A stretch of DNA of 64,000 nucleotides from Syntrophales bacterium (lineage in GTDB: Bacteria > Desulfobacterota > Syntrophia > Syntrophales > UBA2210). A program made the position numbers and the translations under genes. This document shows positions 19,832-31,716 of the stretch, piece after piece. The stretch lies in assembly GCA_963666365.2 (NCBI GenBank), contig CAXXNF010000002.1:736001-800000 (forward strand), given 5' to 3'. The notes beneath the pieces are model-generated. The model had not been told where the DNA came from and did no database searches. It was given only the letters and a program-made list of their open reading frames with translations. Position 1 is the stretch's first letter. Each line of letters begins with the position of its first letter.

Positions 19832-21184
19832 ATGCACTGGAAGGAACTGTATAAGACCAAGCAGACGACGCCCGAGGAAGTGGTAAAGCACATCAAGTCA
19901 GGCGACAGGGTTGTCGTAGGTCATGCGGCGGGTTCGCCGGAACTCCTGTTGAAGGCGCTCGTCGATAACAGAGAATCATATCCCAATGTCGAAATTGTGC
20001 ATATGGTGGCGATGGGGTCTTCAGAGTATTGTTTGCCCGAATATGTCCCCTATTTTGTACACAACTCTCTCTTTGCTGGGGAAACGACGCGTTCCGCAAT
20101 CAACGAAGGACGGGCCACATTTACTGCGTGCCATTTCAGCCAGATACCGCGTCTTTTCAGAAAAGGCATATTGCCGGTGGATGTAACGTTGTGTATGGTG
20201 TCACCACCGGATGAACACGGTTATTGCTCTTTTGGTATTTCGGTAGACTACACAAAGCCGGCAGCTGAGAGTTCAAAGCTTGTCATTGCGGAAGTGACGC
20301 CTCATATGCCGCGTACACTTGGAGATTCCTTCATACACGTATCAAAAATCGATTACATCGTGGAATGCGATTCTCAACCATTAGTTCTGAGCCCGCAAAA
20401 AATTACCGCCACTGACGAAGCGATCGGCGGATTCTGCGCCGATCTGGTGAATGACGGCGATTGTCTTCAGCTTGGCATCGGCGGCGTTCCCGATTCGATG
20501 CTTACTTTTTTGAAAGATAAAAAGGATTTAGGCATTCATACGGAGATGTTTTCCGACGGCGTTGTCGATCTGGTTGAATCGGGAGCGATCACCTGTGAAC
20601 GAAAAAATTTTCACCTCGGTAAAATGGTGGCGACTTTCTTCATGGGAACGGAAAAACTTTACAGATTTGTACACAACAACCCGATGGTTGAGATGCATAC
20701 CGTTGATTATACAAATAACCCTTCGATAATTGCCAGAAATCACAATGTCGTCTCGATTAACTCATCCATTCAGATCGATCTTCTCGGCCAGGCGGCATCG
20801 GACACCATAGGCTACAAGCAATTCAGCGGATCGGGAGGTCAGGCTGATTTTGTGCGAGGCGCATCCTGGTCGAAAGGGGGGCGATCGATACTGGCATTAC
20901 ATTCGACGGCATCGGGCGGAAAGCTGTCAAGGATAGTCCCTCACCTGGATGAGGGCGCTGTGGTAACGACGACCCGCACCGACATACACTATGTCGTAAC
21001 TGAATTCGGTATTGCCGACCTCTGGGGCAAGACCACGCCACAGCGGGCAAAAGCGCTGATTGCCTTAGCCCATCCCGATTTTCGAGAGGGACTCAAGCGG
21101 GATTTCGACAAGATATATCATCCGAACACCCGACTTTACCACCAAGTGCCGCCTGGGTTCAGATCTGCGAAGGCAGAAGAGTAG
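19832..21184 (+). CDS. Acetyl-CoA hydrolase/transferase family (4-hydroxybutyrate/butyryl-CoA transferase-like)
   Basis: LQLGIG, LGIHTEMFSDG, SGSGGQADF, VVTEFG, LIALAHPDFR. Confidence 0.93.
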   Translation: MHWKELYKTKQTTPEEVVKHIKSGDRVVVGHAAGSPELLLKALVDNRESYPNVEIVHMVAMGSSEYCLPEYVPYFVHNSLFAGETTRSAINEGRATFTACHFSQIPRLFRKGILPVDVTLCMVSPPDEHGYCSFGISVDYTKPAAESSKLVIAEVTPHMPRTLGDSFIHVSKIDYIVECDSQPLVLSPQKITATDEAIGGFCADLVNDGDCLQLGIGGVPDSMLTFLKDKKDLGIHTEMFSDGVVDLVESGAITCERKNFHLGKMVATFFMGTEKLYRFVHNNPMVEMHTVDYTNNPSIIARNHNVVSINSSIQIDLLGQAASDTIGYKQFSGSGGQADFVRGASWSKGGRSILALHSTASGGKLSRIVPHLDEGAVVTTTRTDIHYVVTEFGIADLWGKTTPQRAKALIALAHPDFREGLKRDFDKIYHPNTRLYHQVPPGFRSAKAEE

Positions 21185-21202
21185 GATCAATCATAAGTTA
21201 AA

Positions 21203-21242
21203 TAAAAAAGGGGTTAGCTTTTTGAGCTAACCCCTCGATTTT
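21203..21242. terminator. Bidirectional terminator
   Basis: aaaaaaggggttagc-tttttga-gctaacccct between the CoA transferase and the convergent tRNAs. Confidence 0.75.
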
Positions 21243-21243
21243 C

Positions 21244-21320
<77 letters not shown>

Positions 21321-21333
21321 GCATATCTATATT

Positions 21334-21409
21334 TGGTAGGCGGAACAGGACTTGAACCTGTGACATCCACGGTGTAAACGTGGCGCTCTCCCAGCTGAGC
21401 TACCCGCCC
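21334..21409 (-). tRNA. tRNA-Val (TAC)
   Basis: Cloverleaf, anticodon arm ccacg-tt-TAC-ac-cgtgg, CCA. Confidence 0.97.
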
Positions 21410-21434
21410 TCCTTTCACAAGCAAGAGCTATGGC

Positions 21435-21463
21435 TTACTAGACAAAAACAGCGCTCTTGTCAA
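21435..21463 (-). promoter_or_regulatory. sigma70 promoter for tRNA-Val/Asp, overlapping the lon stop codon
   Basis: TTGACA-17 nt-TAGTAA; the TGA of lon lies within the -35 box. Confidence 0.6.
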
Positions 21464-23934
21464 GCACAATTTACGTGCTGCTTCGCATTAACTCGGATCT
21501 CGTCTCCCCTTTCCCTAAATGTCACACCTGCGCCGACCTCCACTTCTTCTACAAATTTTTGAGGCGCTCCATCATCTGCCGGAAGAAGTGCTCTCTCCAG
21601 GACCTGGTCCATGTTGTCAGCCAGTACAATTTCGATTTCTCGCAGCACATTGGCCGGGATATCTTCTTCGAGATTCTTTTTGTTCTCCCTTGGAATAATT
21701 ACCGTTTTGATGTTCCCCCGGTGAGCCGCCAGAAGCTTTTCCTTCAACCCGCCAATGGGCAGTACCCGCCCCTGAAGGGTAATTTCTCCCGTCATCGCCA
21801 CCTCGCTTCGCACTTTCCTGTTTAAAATAGACGATGCAATCGATGTGACCATGGCAATTCCCGCTGAAGGACCGTCTTTCGGGATGGCGCCTTCTGGCAC
21901 ATGAATGTGCACATCGAGCTTCCGGTAGAAGTTCTCATCGAGACCGAGCTGATGCGCCCTGGATCTTACATAGGTGAGCGCCGCCTGGGCGGATTCTTGC
22001 ATTACGTCGCCCAGTTTGCCCGTCATGGTAAGTCTTCCCGTACCGCGCACCACAGTTGACTCTATATTCAGAAGTTCTCCACCAACCTCAGTCCAGGCAA
22101 GCCCTATGGTCAAGCCGACCTTGTCCTCGCCCTCTTTTTCTCCGTATCGATATCGTTCCACTCCAAGATACTTTTCAATAGATTTTGAGGTGACTTTCAC
22201 AGGACCCTGAGCTCCATCAGTCACAATCTTTCTCGCCACCTTCCTGCATATGGATGCGATTTCCCGCTGCAGTCCTCGAACGCCGGCTTCACGGGTATAA
22301 TTTCTGATCAATTTCAAAAGCGCGCCCTCGGAAAAGCTTATAGTTTCTTCAGTGAGCCCGTTCGCTTCCATCTCCTTGGAAACCAGGTACTTCTTCGCGA
22401 TATTCAGTTTTTCCGGTTCGGTATAGCCCGCAAGCCGAATCACCTCCGTACGATCTTGAAGAGGCGCCGGTATGGTTTGCAGCACATTCGCCGTCGTAAT
22501 AAACATGATATCGGACAAATCGTAATCGACCTCAAGATAGTTGTCGTTAAAGGCATGATTCTGTTCAGGATCCAGCACCTCAAGCAGCGCCGACGCCGGG
22601 TCTCCCCTGAAATCGGAACTCAGCTTGTCGATTTCATCAAGACAGAATACGGGATTGTTCGCACCGGCCTTCTTGAGAAGCTGAATGATCTTTCCGGGAA
22701 GAGCCCCTATATAAGTTCTCCTGTGCCCCCGTATCTCCGCTTCGTCACGCAACCCACCGAGAGACAATCTTACAAACTTCCGGTTCGTCGCGCGGGCGAT
22801 CGATTTCGCAATCGAGGTTTTCCCCACCCCCGGAGGACCCACAAGGCAAAGAATCGACCCCTTCTTTTTCTTTACGAGGATCTGTACCGCCAGGTATTCG
22901 AGGATCCGCTCCTTTACCTTCTTAAGTCCGTAGTGATCCTCTTCAAGGATCGCCTCCGATTCTTTCAGATTGTCCTGATCCTCCGTCTTCTCCATCCAGG
23001 GTAGTGCAAGTATCCAGTCTATGTAATTGCGCACCACCGTCGCTTCAGCGGACATCGGGGCCATCATTTTCAGTTTTTTTATTTCATGCTCTACTTTCTT
23101 CTTGGCCTCTTCGGTCATTTCCTTATCAGACAGCTTCTTTTCGAGTTCTTTTATCTCGTTTTTGAAGCTGTCGTCTTCGCCCATTTCTTTCTGAATTGCC
23201 CGCATCTGCTCATTCAGGTAATAATCCTTCTGGGTCTTCTCCATCTGCTTCTTTACCCGCTTCTTGATGCGACCCTCAACTTCCAGAATCTCTATCTCCG
23301 ACATCATGAGCGAATAAATTTTTTCCAGTCGTTCCGCCACATTTCTTGTTTCAAGCACTTTCTGCTTTTCTTCAAGCCGTATGTGAAGATGTGACGCCGC
23401 AACATCCGCCAGCTTTGAGGGATCCTCCGTTGATGCAATGGTGCTTACCATTTCAGCAGGGACCTTTTTACTCATTTTTGCATACCGTTCAAAAGATTCG
23501 GAAATGCTTCTCATGAGAGCCTCTACTTTGACTTTCTCATCAAGCTCGTACGAATCGTCGATTTCCTGGATATTGACAAGGAAGAAATCATTGTTCGGCA
23601 CATATTCCACGATACGCCCGCGCTGCTTTCCTTCCACAAGCGCCTTCACGGTTCCATCCGGCAATCTCAGCAGTTGGATTATTGACCCCACCGTTCCAAC
23701 GGAATAAATGTCCTCTTCTGCAGGATGGTCGTTCTCTGCGTTTTTCTGGGCCACCAGAAATATCTCCTTCTCATATTTCATGGCGGATTCAAGCGCGCTG
23801 ATGGAGCGTTCACGACCCACAAAAAGCGGCACGATCATATGAGGAAAGACCACGACATCCCGCAATGGAAGCAATGGAATTATCATTCCCGGATCTTTCT
23901 TTTCATAACTTTTGCTTAAACTAAACATTCCCAT
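21460..23934 (-). CDS. lon: ATP-dependent protease La
   Basis: [34 protein letters not shown]. Confidence 0.98.
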   Translation of the reverse strand: MGMFSLSKSYEKKDPGMIIPLLPLRDVVVFPHMIVPLFVGRERSISALESAMKYEKEIFLVAQKNAENDHPAEEDIYSVGTVGSIIQLLRLPDGTVKALVEGKQRGRIVEYVPNNDFFLVNIQEIDDSYELDEKVKVEALMRSISESFERYAKMSKKVPAEMVSTIASTEDPSKLADVAASHLHIRLEEKQKVLETRNVAERLEKIYSLMMSEIEILEVEGRIKKRVKKQMEKTQKDYYLNEQMRAIQKEMGEDDSFKNEIKELEKKLSDKEMTEEAKKKVEHEIKKLKMMAPMSAEATVVRNYIDWILALPWMEKTEDQDNLKESEAILEEDHYGLKKVKERILEYLAVQILVKKKKGSILCLVGPPGVGKTSIAKSIARATNRKFVRLSLGGLRDEAEIRGHRRTYIGALPGKIIQLLKKAGANNPVFCLDEIDKLSSDFRGDPASALLEVLDPEQNHAFNDNYLEVDYDLSDIMFITTANVLQTIPAPLQDRTEVIRLAGYTEPEKLNIAKKYLVSKEMEANGLTEETISFSEGALLKLIRNYTREAGVRGLQREIASICRKVARKIVTDGAQGPVKVTSKSIEKYLGVERYRYGEKEGEDKVGLTIGLAWTEVGGELLNIESTVVRGTGRLTMTGKLGDVMQESAQAALTYVRSRAHQLGLDENFYRKLDVHIHVPEGAIPKDGPSAGIAMVTSIASSILNRKVRSEVAMTGEITLQGRVLPIGGLKEKLLAAHRGNIKTVIIPRENKKNLEEDIPANVLREIEIVLADNMDQVLERALLPADDGAPQKFVEEVEVGAGVTFRERGDEIRVNAKQHVNCA

Positions 23935-23936
23935 TT

Positions 23937-25226
23937 TTATCCTATCTCTTTTTGCCTGTTGGTTTCGGCAGTCTCTGTTTGAGTTTCAAACAACAGAATC
24001 GGTTTTTCATTATTGATGATTACATCTTCGCTTATTAAACACTCCTTCACGTCACGCCTCGATGGAATATCATACATAATATCGAGCATAATGCTTTCCA
24101 TAATCGACTGCAATCCCCGCGCGCCCGATTTTCTTGCCACCGATAATCGCGCAATGGCCCTGAGTGCGCCCTCTGTAAAGGACAGTTTGACATTTTCTAT
24201 TTCGAACATCTTCTTGTACTGTTTCAAAATGGAATTTTTAGGTTCAACAAGAATTTTTACAAGATCGCTGTCCGAAAGGTCATTCAACGTGGCAATAACC
24301 GGCAATCGGCCGATAAATTCAGGGATCAATCCATATTTCAAAAGATCTTCAGGCTGCACTTCAACAAGAGTATCGCCGATATTTTTTTTCACCCTGCTTC
24401 GAATTTCAGCACCGAACCCTACGGAATTTACGCCGGTTCGCTTCTCAATTATATCTTCCAACCCGTTAAAGGCCCCTCCGCAAATAAAAAGAATATTTGT
24501 GGTATCCACCTGTATAAATTCCTGTTGAGGATGTTTCCTTCCGCCTTTGGGGGGCACATTTGCCAATGTTCCCTCAATTATTTTCAGAAGGGCCTGCTGC
24601 ACCCCCTCTCCCGATACGTCTCTGGTAATCGAAGGGTTCCCCGATTTTCTTGATATTTTGTCTATTTCATCGATATAGACGATGCCGCGCGATGCTTTCT
24701 GCACATCATAGTCGGCATTTTGGAGCAGACTGAGAATAATATTTTCGACATCCTCACCCACATATCCCGCCTCCGTCAGCGTTGTGGCATCTGCAATAGT
24801 AAAAGGAACATTCAGCATCCGCGCCAGTGTCCTCGCCAATAGCGTTTTTCCCGAACCCGTGGGTCCTATAAGCAGGATGTTGCTTTTCTGAAGTTCCACT
24901 CCATCTCTTTCATAGTCCGCAAAGAGTCTTTTATAATGATTGTAGACGGCAACGGAGAGCACCTTTTTTGTTCTTTCCTGACCTATTACATACTGATCAA
25001 GAAACTTCTTGATATCCTTTGGCTCGGGAATATCTTCATTAGTGTCCCGAATATCATGCACTCCACCGTCTTCCTCTACAATGCAGCGGCATAGATCGAT
25101 ACATTCATCGCAAATGTATGCGGCAGGACCGGCGACCAGTTTTCTCACTTCATTCTGGGTTTTTCCGCAAAACGAGCAAAAAAGCGTCCCCTGCTCGCCA
25201 TTATCGTCTTTCCGCCTTTTACCCAT
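23937..25226 (-). CDS. clpX: Clp protease ATPase subunit
   Basis: CSFCGK zinc finger, [19 protein letters not shown] loop. Confidence 0.98.
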   Translation of the reverse strand: MGKRRKDDNGEQGTLFCSFCGKTQNEVRKLVAGPAAYICDECIDLCRCIVEEDGGVHDIRDTNEDIPEPKDIKKFLDQYVIGQERTKKVLSVAVYNHYKRLFADYERDGVELQKSNILLIGPTGSGKTLLARTLARMLNVPFTIADATTLTEAGYVGEDVENIILSLLQNADYDVQKASRGIVYIDEIDKISRKSGNPSITRDVSGEGVQQALLKIIEGTLANVPPKGGRKHPQQEFIQVDTTNILFICGGAFNGLEDIIEKRTGVNSVGFGAEIRSRVKKNIGDTLVEVQPEDLLKYGLIPEFIGRLPVIATLNDLSDSDLVKILVEPKNSILKQYKKMFEIENVKLSFTEGALRAIARLSVARKSGARGLQSIMESIMLDIMYDIPSRRDVKECLISEDVIINNEKPILLFETQTETAETNRQKEIG

Positions 25227-25242
25227 ATGAACTGACTCCCTT

Positions 25243-25839
25243 CTACTTTGACAGAGATGATCTTTTTTCGATCACTTGATCGATTATACCATACTCCAGC
25301 GCTTCGCCGCTTGACATATAAAAGTCTCTGTCAGAATCTTTTTCTATTTTTTCCACCGGCTGTCCCGTGTGCATCGCCAATATATTGTTCAGATCCTGTT
25401 TAAGTCGTAATATTTCCTTTGCATGAATACCTATATCGGATGCCTGTCCCTGAAACCCTCCCAGAGGTTGATGAATCACAATTCGCGAATTGGGCAGGGC
25501 GTAACGCTTTCCATTCTCTCCGGCGGCAAGCAGGATGGCGCCCATACTGGCCGCTTGTCCCATGCAGACCGTGGAAACTGACGGCTTTATGTACTGTATC
25601 GTGTCGTATATCGCCAAACCCGCACTTACTACGCCACCCGGTGAATTCAGATAGAAGAATATATCTTTGTCGGGATTTTCCGATTCCAGGTACAGCAGCT
25701 GCGCGATGATAAGGTTGGCGACGTTGTCATCAAGGGCAGAACCGAGAAATACAATGCGCTCTCTCAGCAGTCGCGAATAGATGTCGAAGGCGCGCTCACC
25801 CCTGCCGTCCTGTTCTATGACCATGGGGATCAGATTCAT
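25243..25839 (-). CDS. clpP: Clp protease proteolytic subunit
   Basis: DIYSRLL, NSPGG, GQAASMG, IHQP. Confidence 0.98.
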   Translation of the reverse strand: MNLIPMVIEQDGRGERAFDIYSRLLRERIVFLGSALDDNVANLIIAQLLYLESENPDKDIFFYLNSPGGVVSAGLAIYDTIQYIKPSVSTVCMGQAASMGAILLAAGENGKRYALPNSRIVIHQPLGGFQGQASDIGIHAKEILRLKQDLNNILAMHTGQPVEKIEKDSDRDFYMSSGEALEYGIIDQVIEKRSSLSK

Positions 25840-27170
25840 GCAGTCTGCCCCTCTTTTGCGTTCACTTCTTTTTTCTTCATCGTAATGGATGCCTTTTCAA
25901 TCAGGTACTCAATCGTCTTGTCTTCCTGCAGTTCTTCCCGGAGACGTTCTTTCATGTTATTCTTGTCATAGGCTTCGTTTAGCGACTCGTAATCCTGACC
26001 GTAGAGTCCCGCGATGCTCCGCATACGTTCCTCAATGTCCTTATCTTCTACTTTTATCAATTCCTTCTCTGCGATCTTCGCTAAAAGAAGCGACGACTTG
26101 ACAAGCCGTTCCGCCGGCTCCCTGAATCCTTCGTGGAGATTCATACTGACTTCCATCGCCTTTTCCGGCGACATTCCGTTTGAAACCATTCGTTTCTGCG
26201 TATCGAGCATCATGTAGTAAATCTGCTGCTGCACCCATACTGAGGGGACTTCAAATTCATTGTGCGCAAGAAGCGCATCTATAATCCGTTTTTTCAGCTC
26301 CGACTCGATTTTGGCATTTGTTTCGTCTGCGAGCGATTGTTGTACCGCCGTCTTCAAATCTTCGATTGTTTCATACTGCTCGAAGTTTTTAATGAACTCG
26401 TCGTCCAGTTCGGGAAGCTTCTTCTCTCGAATATTCTTAACGACGACTCTGAATGATCCTTCCTTACCCGCCAGGTCGGCAGGCTGATAGTCTTCCGGAA
26501 ATGTAATCTCGACGACCTTTTCTTCGCCCTTTTTGAGGCCCTTCAGCTTTTCTTCAAAATCGGCAACAAATTTTCCTGCTCCGATCTGAAGCGTATAGTT
26601 ATCGGTCGTCAATTCCTCTCTCAGCGTTCCATCGACGGTTACCTCAAAATCGACAACCACGAAATCGTCTTCTCGCGCCGCTCTCTCATCTGCCACATCT
26701 TCGAGCGTTGCATACATTTCTCTCATCTGCTGGAGGCGGTCGTTTACTTCCTGTTCCGTCGTTTCAATTTCGTCTTTTATCACCTCGAGACCCAGGTAGT
26801 CTTTCGGCTCGAATTCAGGTCTTGTTTCAACCGTTGCAGTAAAGGAAAAAGGTTTATCCTTTTCAATTCCTTTCTGATCGATTTCAGGCTGGGCAACGGC
26901 AAAGATATCATTGGCGGTAATGGCATCGGCGTATCGTTTTGAGACGAGATTCTGAACCGCTTCATCCTCGGCATCCTTCTTGTAGTGCATTTCCAGCACA
27001 TTTCGAGGAACCTTGCCCGGTCTGAACCCCCTCACCTTCACTTTTTTGCTGAACATTCCATATGTTGCATCCAGTTCTCTTTTTACTTCAGTCCATGGCA
27101 CTTCGAAGGACAACTTTTTCTTCACCGGACTGAGATCTTCGATCATGACTTCCGCAGATGTTTCTCCCAC
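25836..27170 (-). CDS. tig: Trigger factor
   Basis: GFRPGKVP motif, FKBP domain; upstream of clpP. Confidence 0.96.
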   Translation of the reverse strand: MGETSAEVMIEDLSPVKKKLSFEVPWTEVKRELDATYGMFSKKVKVRGFRPGKVPRNVLEMHYKKDAEDEAVQNLVSKRYADAITANDIFAVAQPEIDQKGIEKDKPFSFTATVETRPEFEPKDYLGLEVIKDEIETTEQEVNDRLQQMREMYATLEDVADERAAREDDFVVVDFEVTVDGTLREELTTDNYTLQIGAGKFVADFEEKLKGLKKGEEKVVEITFPEDYQPADLAGKEGSFRVVVKNIREKKLPELDDEFIKNFEQYETIEDLKTAVQQSLADETNAKIESELKKRIIDALLAHNEFEVPSVWVQQQIYYMMLDTQKRMVSNGMSPEKAMEVSMNLHEGFREPAERLVKSSLLLAKIAEKELIKVEDKDIEERMRSIAGLYGQDYESLNEAYDKNNMKERLREELQEDKTIEYLIEKASITMKKKEVNAKEGQTA

Positions 27171-27198
27171 AAAACGACTCCTTAAGTGTAATGGCGAA

Positions 27199-27285
27199 TG
27201 GTGCGAGAGAGGGGAGTTGAACCCCTATCCGCATAAGCGGGCTGGATCCTAAGTCCAGTGCGTCTTCCAGTTCCGCCACTCTCGC
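27199..27285 (-). tRNA. tRNA-Leu (TAG)
   Basis: GCGAGAG/CTCTCGC stem, ctgga-ct-TAG-ga-tccag, long variable arm, CCA. Confidence 0.97.
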
Positions 27286-27567
27286 ATACGCGTAGTTTAT
27301 ATATAGTAACTCCCCCTTCAATTGTCAACAGCCAATACCCCGTCAGTTTTACTTTCTATATACTTGAAATTAATTGAATTAATTGTCAGGCGGATCACAC
27401 TGTCACCATGACAATCCCTTAGAAATGATGTTACCGAGTACGGAAGATTGCGTTTCCTTTACAGGAATTACATTATTAAACTGTTGATAATTCATTACTA
27501 TTTGCATTGCTTGGAGTGGCAGGTATAAACAATCCCGGCAGAAATTGCAAGAAAAATTCCTGATGTT

Positions 27568-27647
27568 TAGGGTACAGTATACTAAATTTGCTTCGCGTCT
27601 TATGAAGGTTGAAGCGGAATTTATGGAATTAAGTGTACTGTCCCTGA
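27568..27647. repeat. REP-like inverted doublet
   Basis: tagggtacagtatactaaatt ... aattaagtgtactgtccctga (imperfect inverted repeat). Confidence 0.65.
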
Positions 27648-27697
27648 GATATCAAAAATTTTTCTTGACTACCCGATTAAAATATAGTTGTATCTAA

Positions 27698-27724
27698 ATT
27701 ATAGTTTCTATTTGATACTATAAT
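27698..27724. promoter_or_regulatory. Palindromic operator candidate upstream of HxlR regulator
   Basis: ATTATAGT-N11-ACTATAAT, perfect 8-bp arms just before the RBS. Confidence 0.6.
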
Positions 27725-27740
27725 ATAGAAAGGAGTGGCT

Positions 27741-28409
27741 ATGACAACAAGGTATTCGCATTTTTGCCCGGCGGCTCGGACGCTGGAAAAAATCGGCGAC
27801 AAGTGGTCTTTGCTGATTGTTCGCGATCTGCTGGAAGGACCGCAGCGTTTTACCGACCTTCTCGCCTATTTGAACAATATCACCCCGAAGTGGTTGACGT
27901 TGCGCCTGCGAGAGCTCGAAGCCGCCGGTATTGTCGCACGCGATCGTCAGTTCGGCCGGCGCGAAGTCTGGTATCGGCTTACATCTGCGGGCATGGATTT
28001 ACGTCCCGTGGTAGAAGCCTTGATCTCGTGGGGTGAGCGCTATGCCATGCGCCCGCCATTGCCGGGCGAAGCAGTTAATGGCGAAAGGCTGATAAAAGGA
28101 TTGGCAAAATCGCTTAACAAACGGCACAAGCGATTACTCCATCAGGCCATTGTTTCGATACAATTTCCCCAAGGCGCCTATCTTCTTTCCTTCACCAACG
28201 ATGAATGGACAGGTGCACCGGGGGAAGCATCCGACGCCGATATCACCATTAGCACAACACCGGAAGCCATGGCCACCTTCATCACCGTACCCCGTGCCGA
28301 ACGTAAGGAAATATTTGAATCCATGCGGGTGACAGGACTAACGGAAAGGATTAAGGAGTTTACGGGGATTTTCGGTGTCCCTGAGACTGAAGGGAAAACA
28401 AATCCATAA
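27741..28409 (+). CDS. HxlR-family winged-helix regulator with C-terminal SCP2-like extension
   Basis: YSHFCPAARTLEKIGDKWSLLIVRDLL, LTLRLRELE, YRLTSAG. Confidence 0.9.
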   Translation: MTTRYSHFCPAARTLEKIGDKWSLLIVRDLLEGPQRFTDLLAYLNNITPKWLTLRLRELEAAGIVARDRQFGRREVWYRLTSAGMDLRPVVEALISWGERYAMRPPLPGEAVNGERLIKGLAKSLNKRHKRLLHQAIVSIQFPQGAYLLSFTNDEWTGAPGEASDADITISTTPEAMATFITVPRAERKEIFESMRVTGLTERIKEFTGIFGVPETEGKTNP

Positions 28410-28433
28410 ATAAATTCGAAGGAACGGGTTACA

Positions 28434-29549
28434 ATGAATAAACTATTCGAGAACAGCAATATCAACAACATGGTATTACCGAACCGTTTTGTGAGATCGG
28501 CGACCTGGGAAGGAATGGCCGCCGATGACGGCGCCGTGACCCCAAAATTGATTGCGACCATGGCCGATCTGGCCAAGGGCGGTGTGGGATTGATCATCAG
28601 CTCACATGCCTATATCAGCCCGGAAGGGCAAGCGGGTCCCTGGCAGTTGGGCATCTATAAAGATGAGTTGATGGATGGTTTAGGGCAAATGACCGCCGCT
28701 GTCCATGCCGCTGGCGGTAAGATCGTGGCCCAATTGTCTCATGCTGGCCAGGCGGCAGCCGCATCCCTCAGCAGACGACTCCCACTAGTGGTTTCCGATT
28801 TTGAAGGGCTCATGGATTCACCGCGGCAGGAAATGACGGTACCGGATATAGAACATATCGTAACGGCTTTTGCCGATGCGGCGCGGAGAGCAAAGTTATC
28901 GGGATTCGACGGTATTCAACTCCATGCAGCCCATGGCTACCTTCTCAATCAATTCCTTTCTCCCGCCTATAATGAGCGTCAGGACAGATACGGCGGCAGT
29001 ATTGAGAATCGCGTGCGAATCATACTCGACGTGCTTCGTGCGGTCCGGGAAACCGTAGGTCGGGATTTCCCCGTCTTGATCAAACTGAACAGCCAAGATT
29101 TTATCGAAAATGGATTAACACTCGAGGATTCGATAACCGCAGCTGAACTCTTAGCCGCTGCCGGTATTGATGCCATCGAGTTGAGCGGCGGCATGGTTGG
29201 AAGCCGGAAATTGATGCCCAGCCGTACGGGTATCAATTCAGAAGAAACCGAAGCTTATTTCAGGGAAGAGGCACGGATTTTCAAGAAACAGATTTCTGTA
29301 CCTCTGATCCTGGTGGGTGGCCTGCGTTCTCTGGAAGTGGCCGAGAATCTCATGGAAGAAGGTATTGCCGATTATATTTCAATGTGCCGGCCCTTCATCC
29401 GAGAACCGGGCCTGATCAACCGCTGGAACGCCGGTGACCGAAGGAAGTCGACATGTCTGTCAGATAATCAGTGCTTTAAGCCCGGGATTGAAGGCAAAGG
29501 CATATACTGTATCGTCGAGGAACGTGAAAACGCAAAGAAGGGAAAGTAA
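28434..29549 (+). CDS. NADH:flavin oxidoreductase (old yellow enzyme family)
   Basis: NRFVRSATWEG, GFDGIQLHAAHGYLLNQFLSP, RPFIREP, C-terminal CLSDNQC. Confidence 0.93.
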   Translation: MNKLFENSNINNMVLPNRFVRSATWEGMAADDGAVTPKLIATMADLAKGGVGLIISSHAYISPEGQAGPWQLGIYKDELMDGLGQMTAAVHAAGGKIVAQLSHAGQAAAASLSRRLPLVVSDFEGLMDSPRQEMTVPDIEHIVTAFADAARRAKLSGFDGIQLHAAHGYLLNQFLSPAYNERQDRYGGSIENRVRIILDVLRAVRETVGRDFPVLIKLNSQDFIENGLTLEDSITAAELLAAAGIDAIELSGGMVGSRKLMPSRTGINSEETEAYFREEARIFKKQISVPLILVGGLRSLEVAENLMEEGIADYISMCRPFIREPGLINRWNAGDRRKSTCLSDNQCFKPGIEGKGIYCIVEERENAKKGK

Positions 29550-29665
29550 AAATGAGTGATGAAGCATACATGAGACTTTGCAAAGAGATGACCCGCCGGG
29601 GCGCACAGGTTTTATAAAATATTACAAATAAGTTGCACATGGTGCAGAAGGAAAGTTGACATTGC

Positions 29666-31054
29666 ATGGAAATAACGTCTGCAATAAATATCACTGAAAA
29701 GATCCCCCCCACAATCGACCGACGCACCCTCGCTTTGCTGCATGGGTCGATTTTTCCCGTTTTGAGTCGCATGGCCGCACCTAATATTTTTCTCGCGTTC
29801 ATGTGGGGGCTGGTCAGTTTTGCGGAAATATGGTTCGTCGGCAGGAACGGAACACCCGCTCTGGCCGGAATTGCGCTGGTCTTCCCTTTGATTATGCTGA
29901 TGCAGATGTTATCGGGGGGAGCGATGGGTGGAGCGGTTTCCTCTTCGATCTCACGTGCGCTGGGCGGCGGAAACACACGGAAGGCGGAGCTCCTTGCTGT
30001 CCATGCTGTTGTGATCGCCCTCGCCTTCGGGCTGATCTTTACCATCGGGATGATCGTGGGAGGACCGGGACTCTACAGTATGCTCGGCGGCAAGGGGGAG
30101 GCGCTGTCCCAGGCGGTGGTCTATTCTCAGGTCATTTTCGGCGGTATCATCGTGATTTGGATATGCAACACCCTGGCGAGCATTATGCGAGGAACGGGTG
30201 ACATGTTCGTCCCCGCGGCAACCCTGAGCGTGACCTCCCTGCTGCATATCCCGCTGTGCGGTTCACTCGTTCTGGGATGGGGCCCTTTTCCGGAAATGGG
30301 CCTCGCGGGCGCAGGGATCTCGTATATCCTCACGTTCGGTGCAGCAACTTTTTTTTTCGCGTTCTGGCTTCTAGCCGGCCATAGCGGTCTTCGAATCCAT
30401 TGGCGCGAGATGAAACTAAGCACTTCCCTTTTCGGGGATATCCTTGGCGTCGGACTGCTTTCATCAGTCAATACACTACAGACTGTTGCGGCTGCCGTCA
30501 TCCTGACGGGTCTGGTCGGGTCATTCGGAACCGCTGCACTGGCCGGCTACGGACTTGGAGTTCGTCTGGAAATGCTGCAAATACCGATCGTCTTTGCGCT
30601 CGGCTCCTCCCTCATCCCCATCGTCGGCGTCAGCATAGGCGCTGGAGCCATACAACGCGCAAAGAAGGTTGCCTGGATCGGAGCAGGATTTGCGGCCTTT
30701 CTGACCGGGGCGGTGGGGATCACCGTCGCGATCCGGCCCGGAATCTGGGCAGGGCTGTTCAGCAGTGATCCTGCCGTGCTTGAAGCGGCATTCAGCTACC
30801 TCCACATTGTCGGTCCATTCTATATATTCCTCGGAATCGGGATTGCCCTTTATTTTGCCTCTCAGGGTGCAAGAAGAATGTTTTTCCCTATGCTTGCCGG
30901 TACGGCCCGCTTCTTGATCGCGGTTTGCGGAGGGTTCGGGATTGTTTATTTTTTCGATGGGAAGGCCGGTTCATTATTCGTTTTCATCAGTTTGAGCATG
31001 TTGGCTCTGGGAATAGTCAATGCTGCAGCAGTCAAATGGACTGATTGGCACTGA
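29666..31054 (+). CDS. MATE family efflux transporter
   Basis: About 12 hydrophobic segments, LAGIALVFP, RGTGDM, ALAGYGLGVRLE. Confidence 0.9.
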   Translation: MEITSAINITEKIPPTIDRRTLALLHGSIFPVLSRMAAPNIFLAFMWGLVSFAEIWFVGRNGTPALAGIALVFPLIMLMQMLSGGAMGGAVSSSISRALGGGNTRKAELLAVHAVVIALAFGLIFTIGMIVGGPGLYSMLGGKGEALSQAVVYSQVIFGGIIVIWICNTLASIMRGTGDMFVPAATLSVTSLLHIPLCGSLVLGWGPFPEMGLAGAGISYILTFGAATFFFAFWLLAGHSGLRIHWREMKLSTSLFGDILGVGLLSSVNTLQTVAAAVILTGLVGSFGTAALAGYGLGVRLEMLQIPIVFALGSSLIPIVGVSIGAGAIQRAKKVAWIGAGFAAFLTGAVGITVAIRPGIWAGLFSSDPAVLEAAFSYLHIVGPFYIFLGIGIALYFASQGARRMFFPMLAGTARFLIAVCGGFGIVYFFDGKAGSLFVFISLSMLALGIVNAAAVKWTDWH

Positions 31055-31123
31055 TAGTGTTTGTTGATTTTTGGCAGATCTCCCCGGGGCATGAACCATC
31101 ATACAAAATAAATGGAGGAAGAC

Positions 31124-31716
31124 ATGGATTTGAAAAATGCAAACGTGACTTTGGATACGTACATAAGGCCGCAGACTTTTCCTATTGCGATTAAACTTTT
31201 CACAGCCGATGAAACGCTTCCGGACAGGGTTAGAATTCCTGTCAAGGATTTATGGATAAGCCTCCCCAGGGAGCCTCAGGTGATGCTGAAAGTAGAAATG
31301 AACCTGGCAAATACGCCTATATGGTTTCAGCACCTATCGACAGGACCGATTTCGAGCCGGATATGATCTGTGTGTACGTTAACTCTGCGCAAGCCATGCG
31401 ACTGGCTCATGCGGCTGCTATGGGAGGGGGAGGTATAGCGCCAACGTTAGCGACTGGCATGGGCAGCTGCGGTGATATTGTGGCACGAACACACAAAACA
31501 GATATGACCCATTTTATCCTCCCCTCAGGTGGAACCAGAAATTTCGCGACCACTCAGGATGATGAACTCATCTTCACCATTCCGAAAAGTAAAATCGACC
31601 TTATGATGAAAGCACTGGCTGATACACATGTGGCCGGCTTCCGCTACCCCGTCCTGATGGATGTGCGTCACCGTCCAAACCTTCCGCCCTTTCTCGAAAT
31701 TCCGAAAGATGTTTAA
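31124..31716 (+). pseudogene. DUF169-family gene with internal deletion/frameshift
   Basis: N-terminus (YIRPQTFPIAIK) and C-terminus (FEPDMICVYVNSAQAMRL, SCGD, DDELIFTIP) are in different frames; the central Cys-containing part appears missing. Confidence 0.72.
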
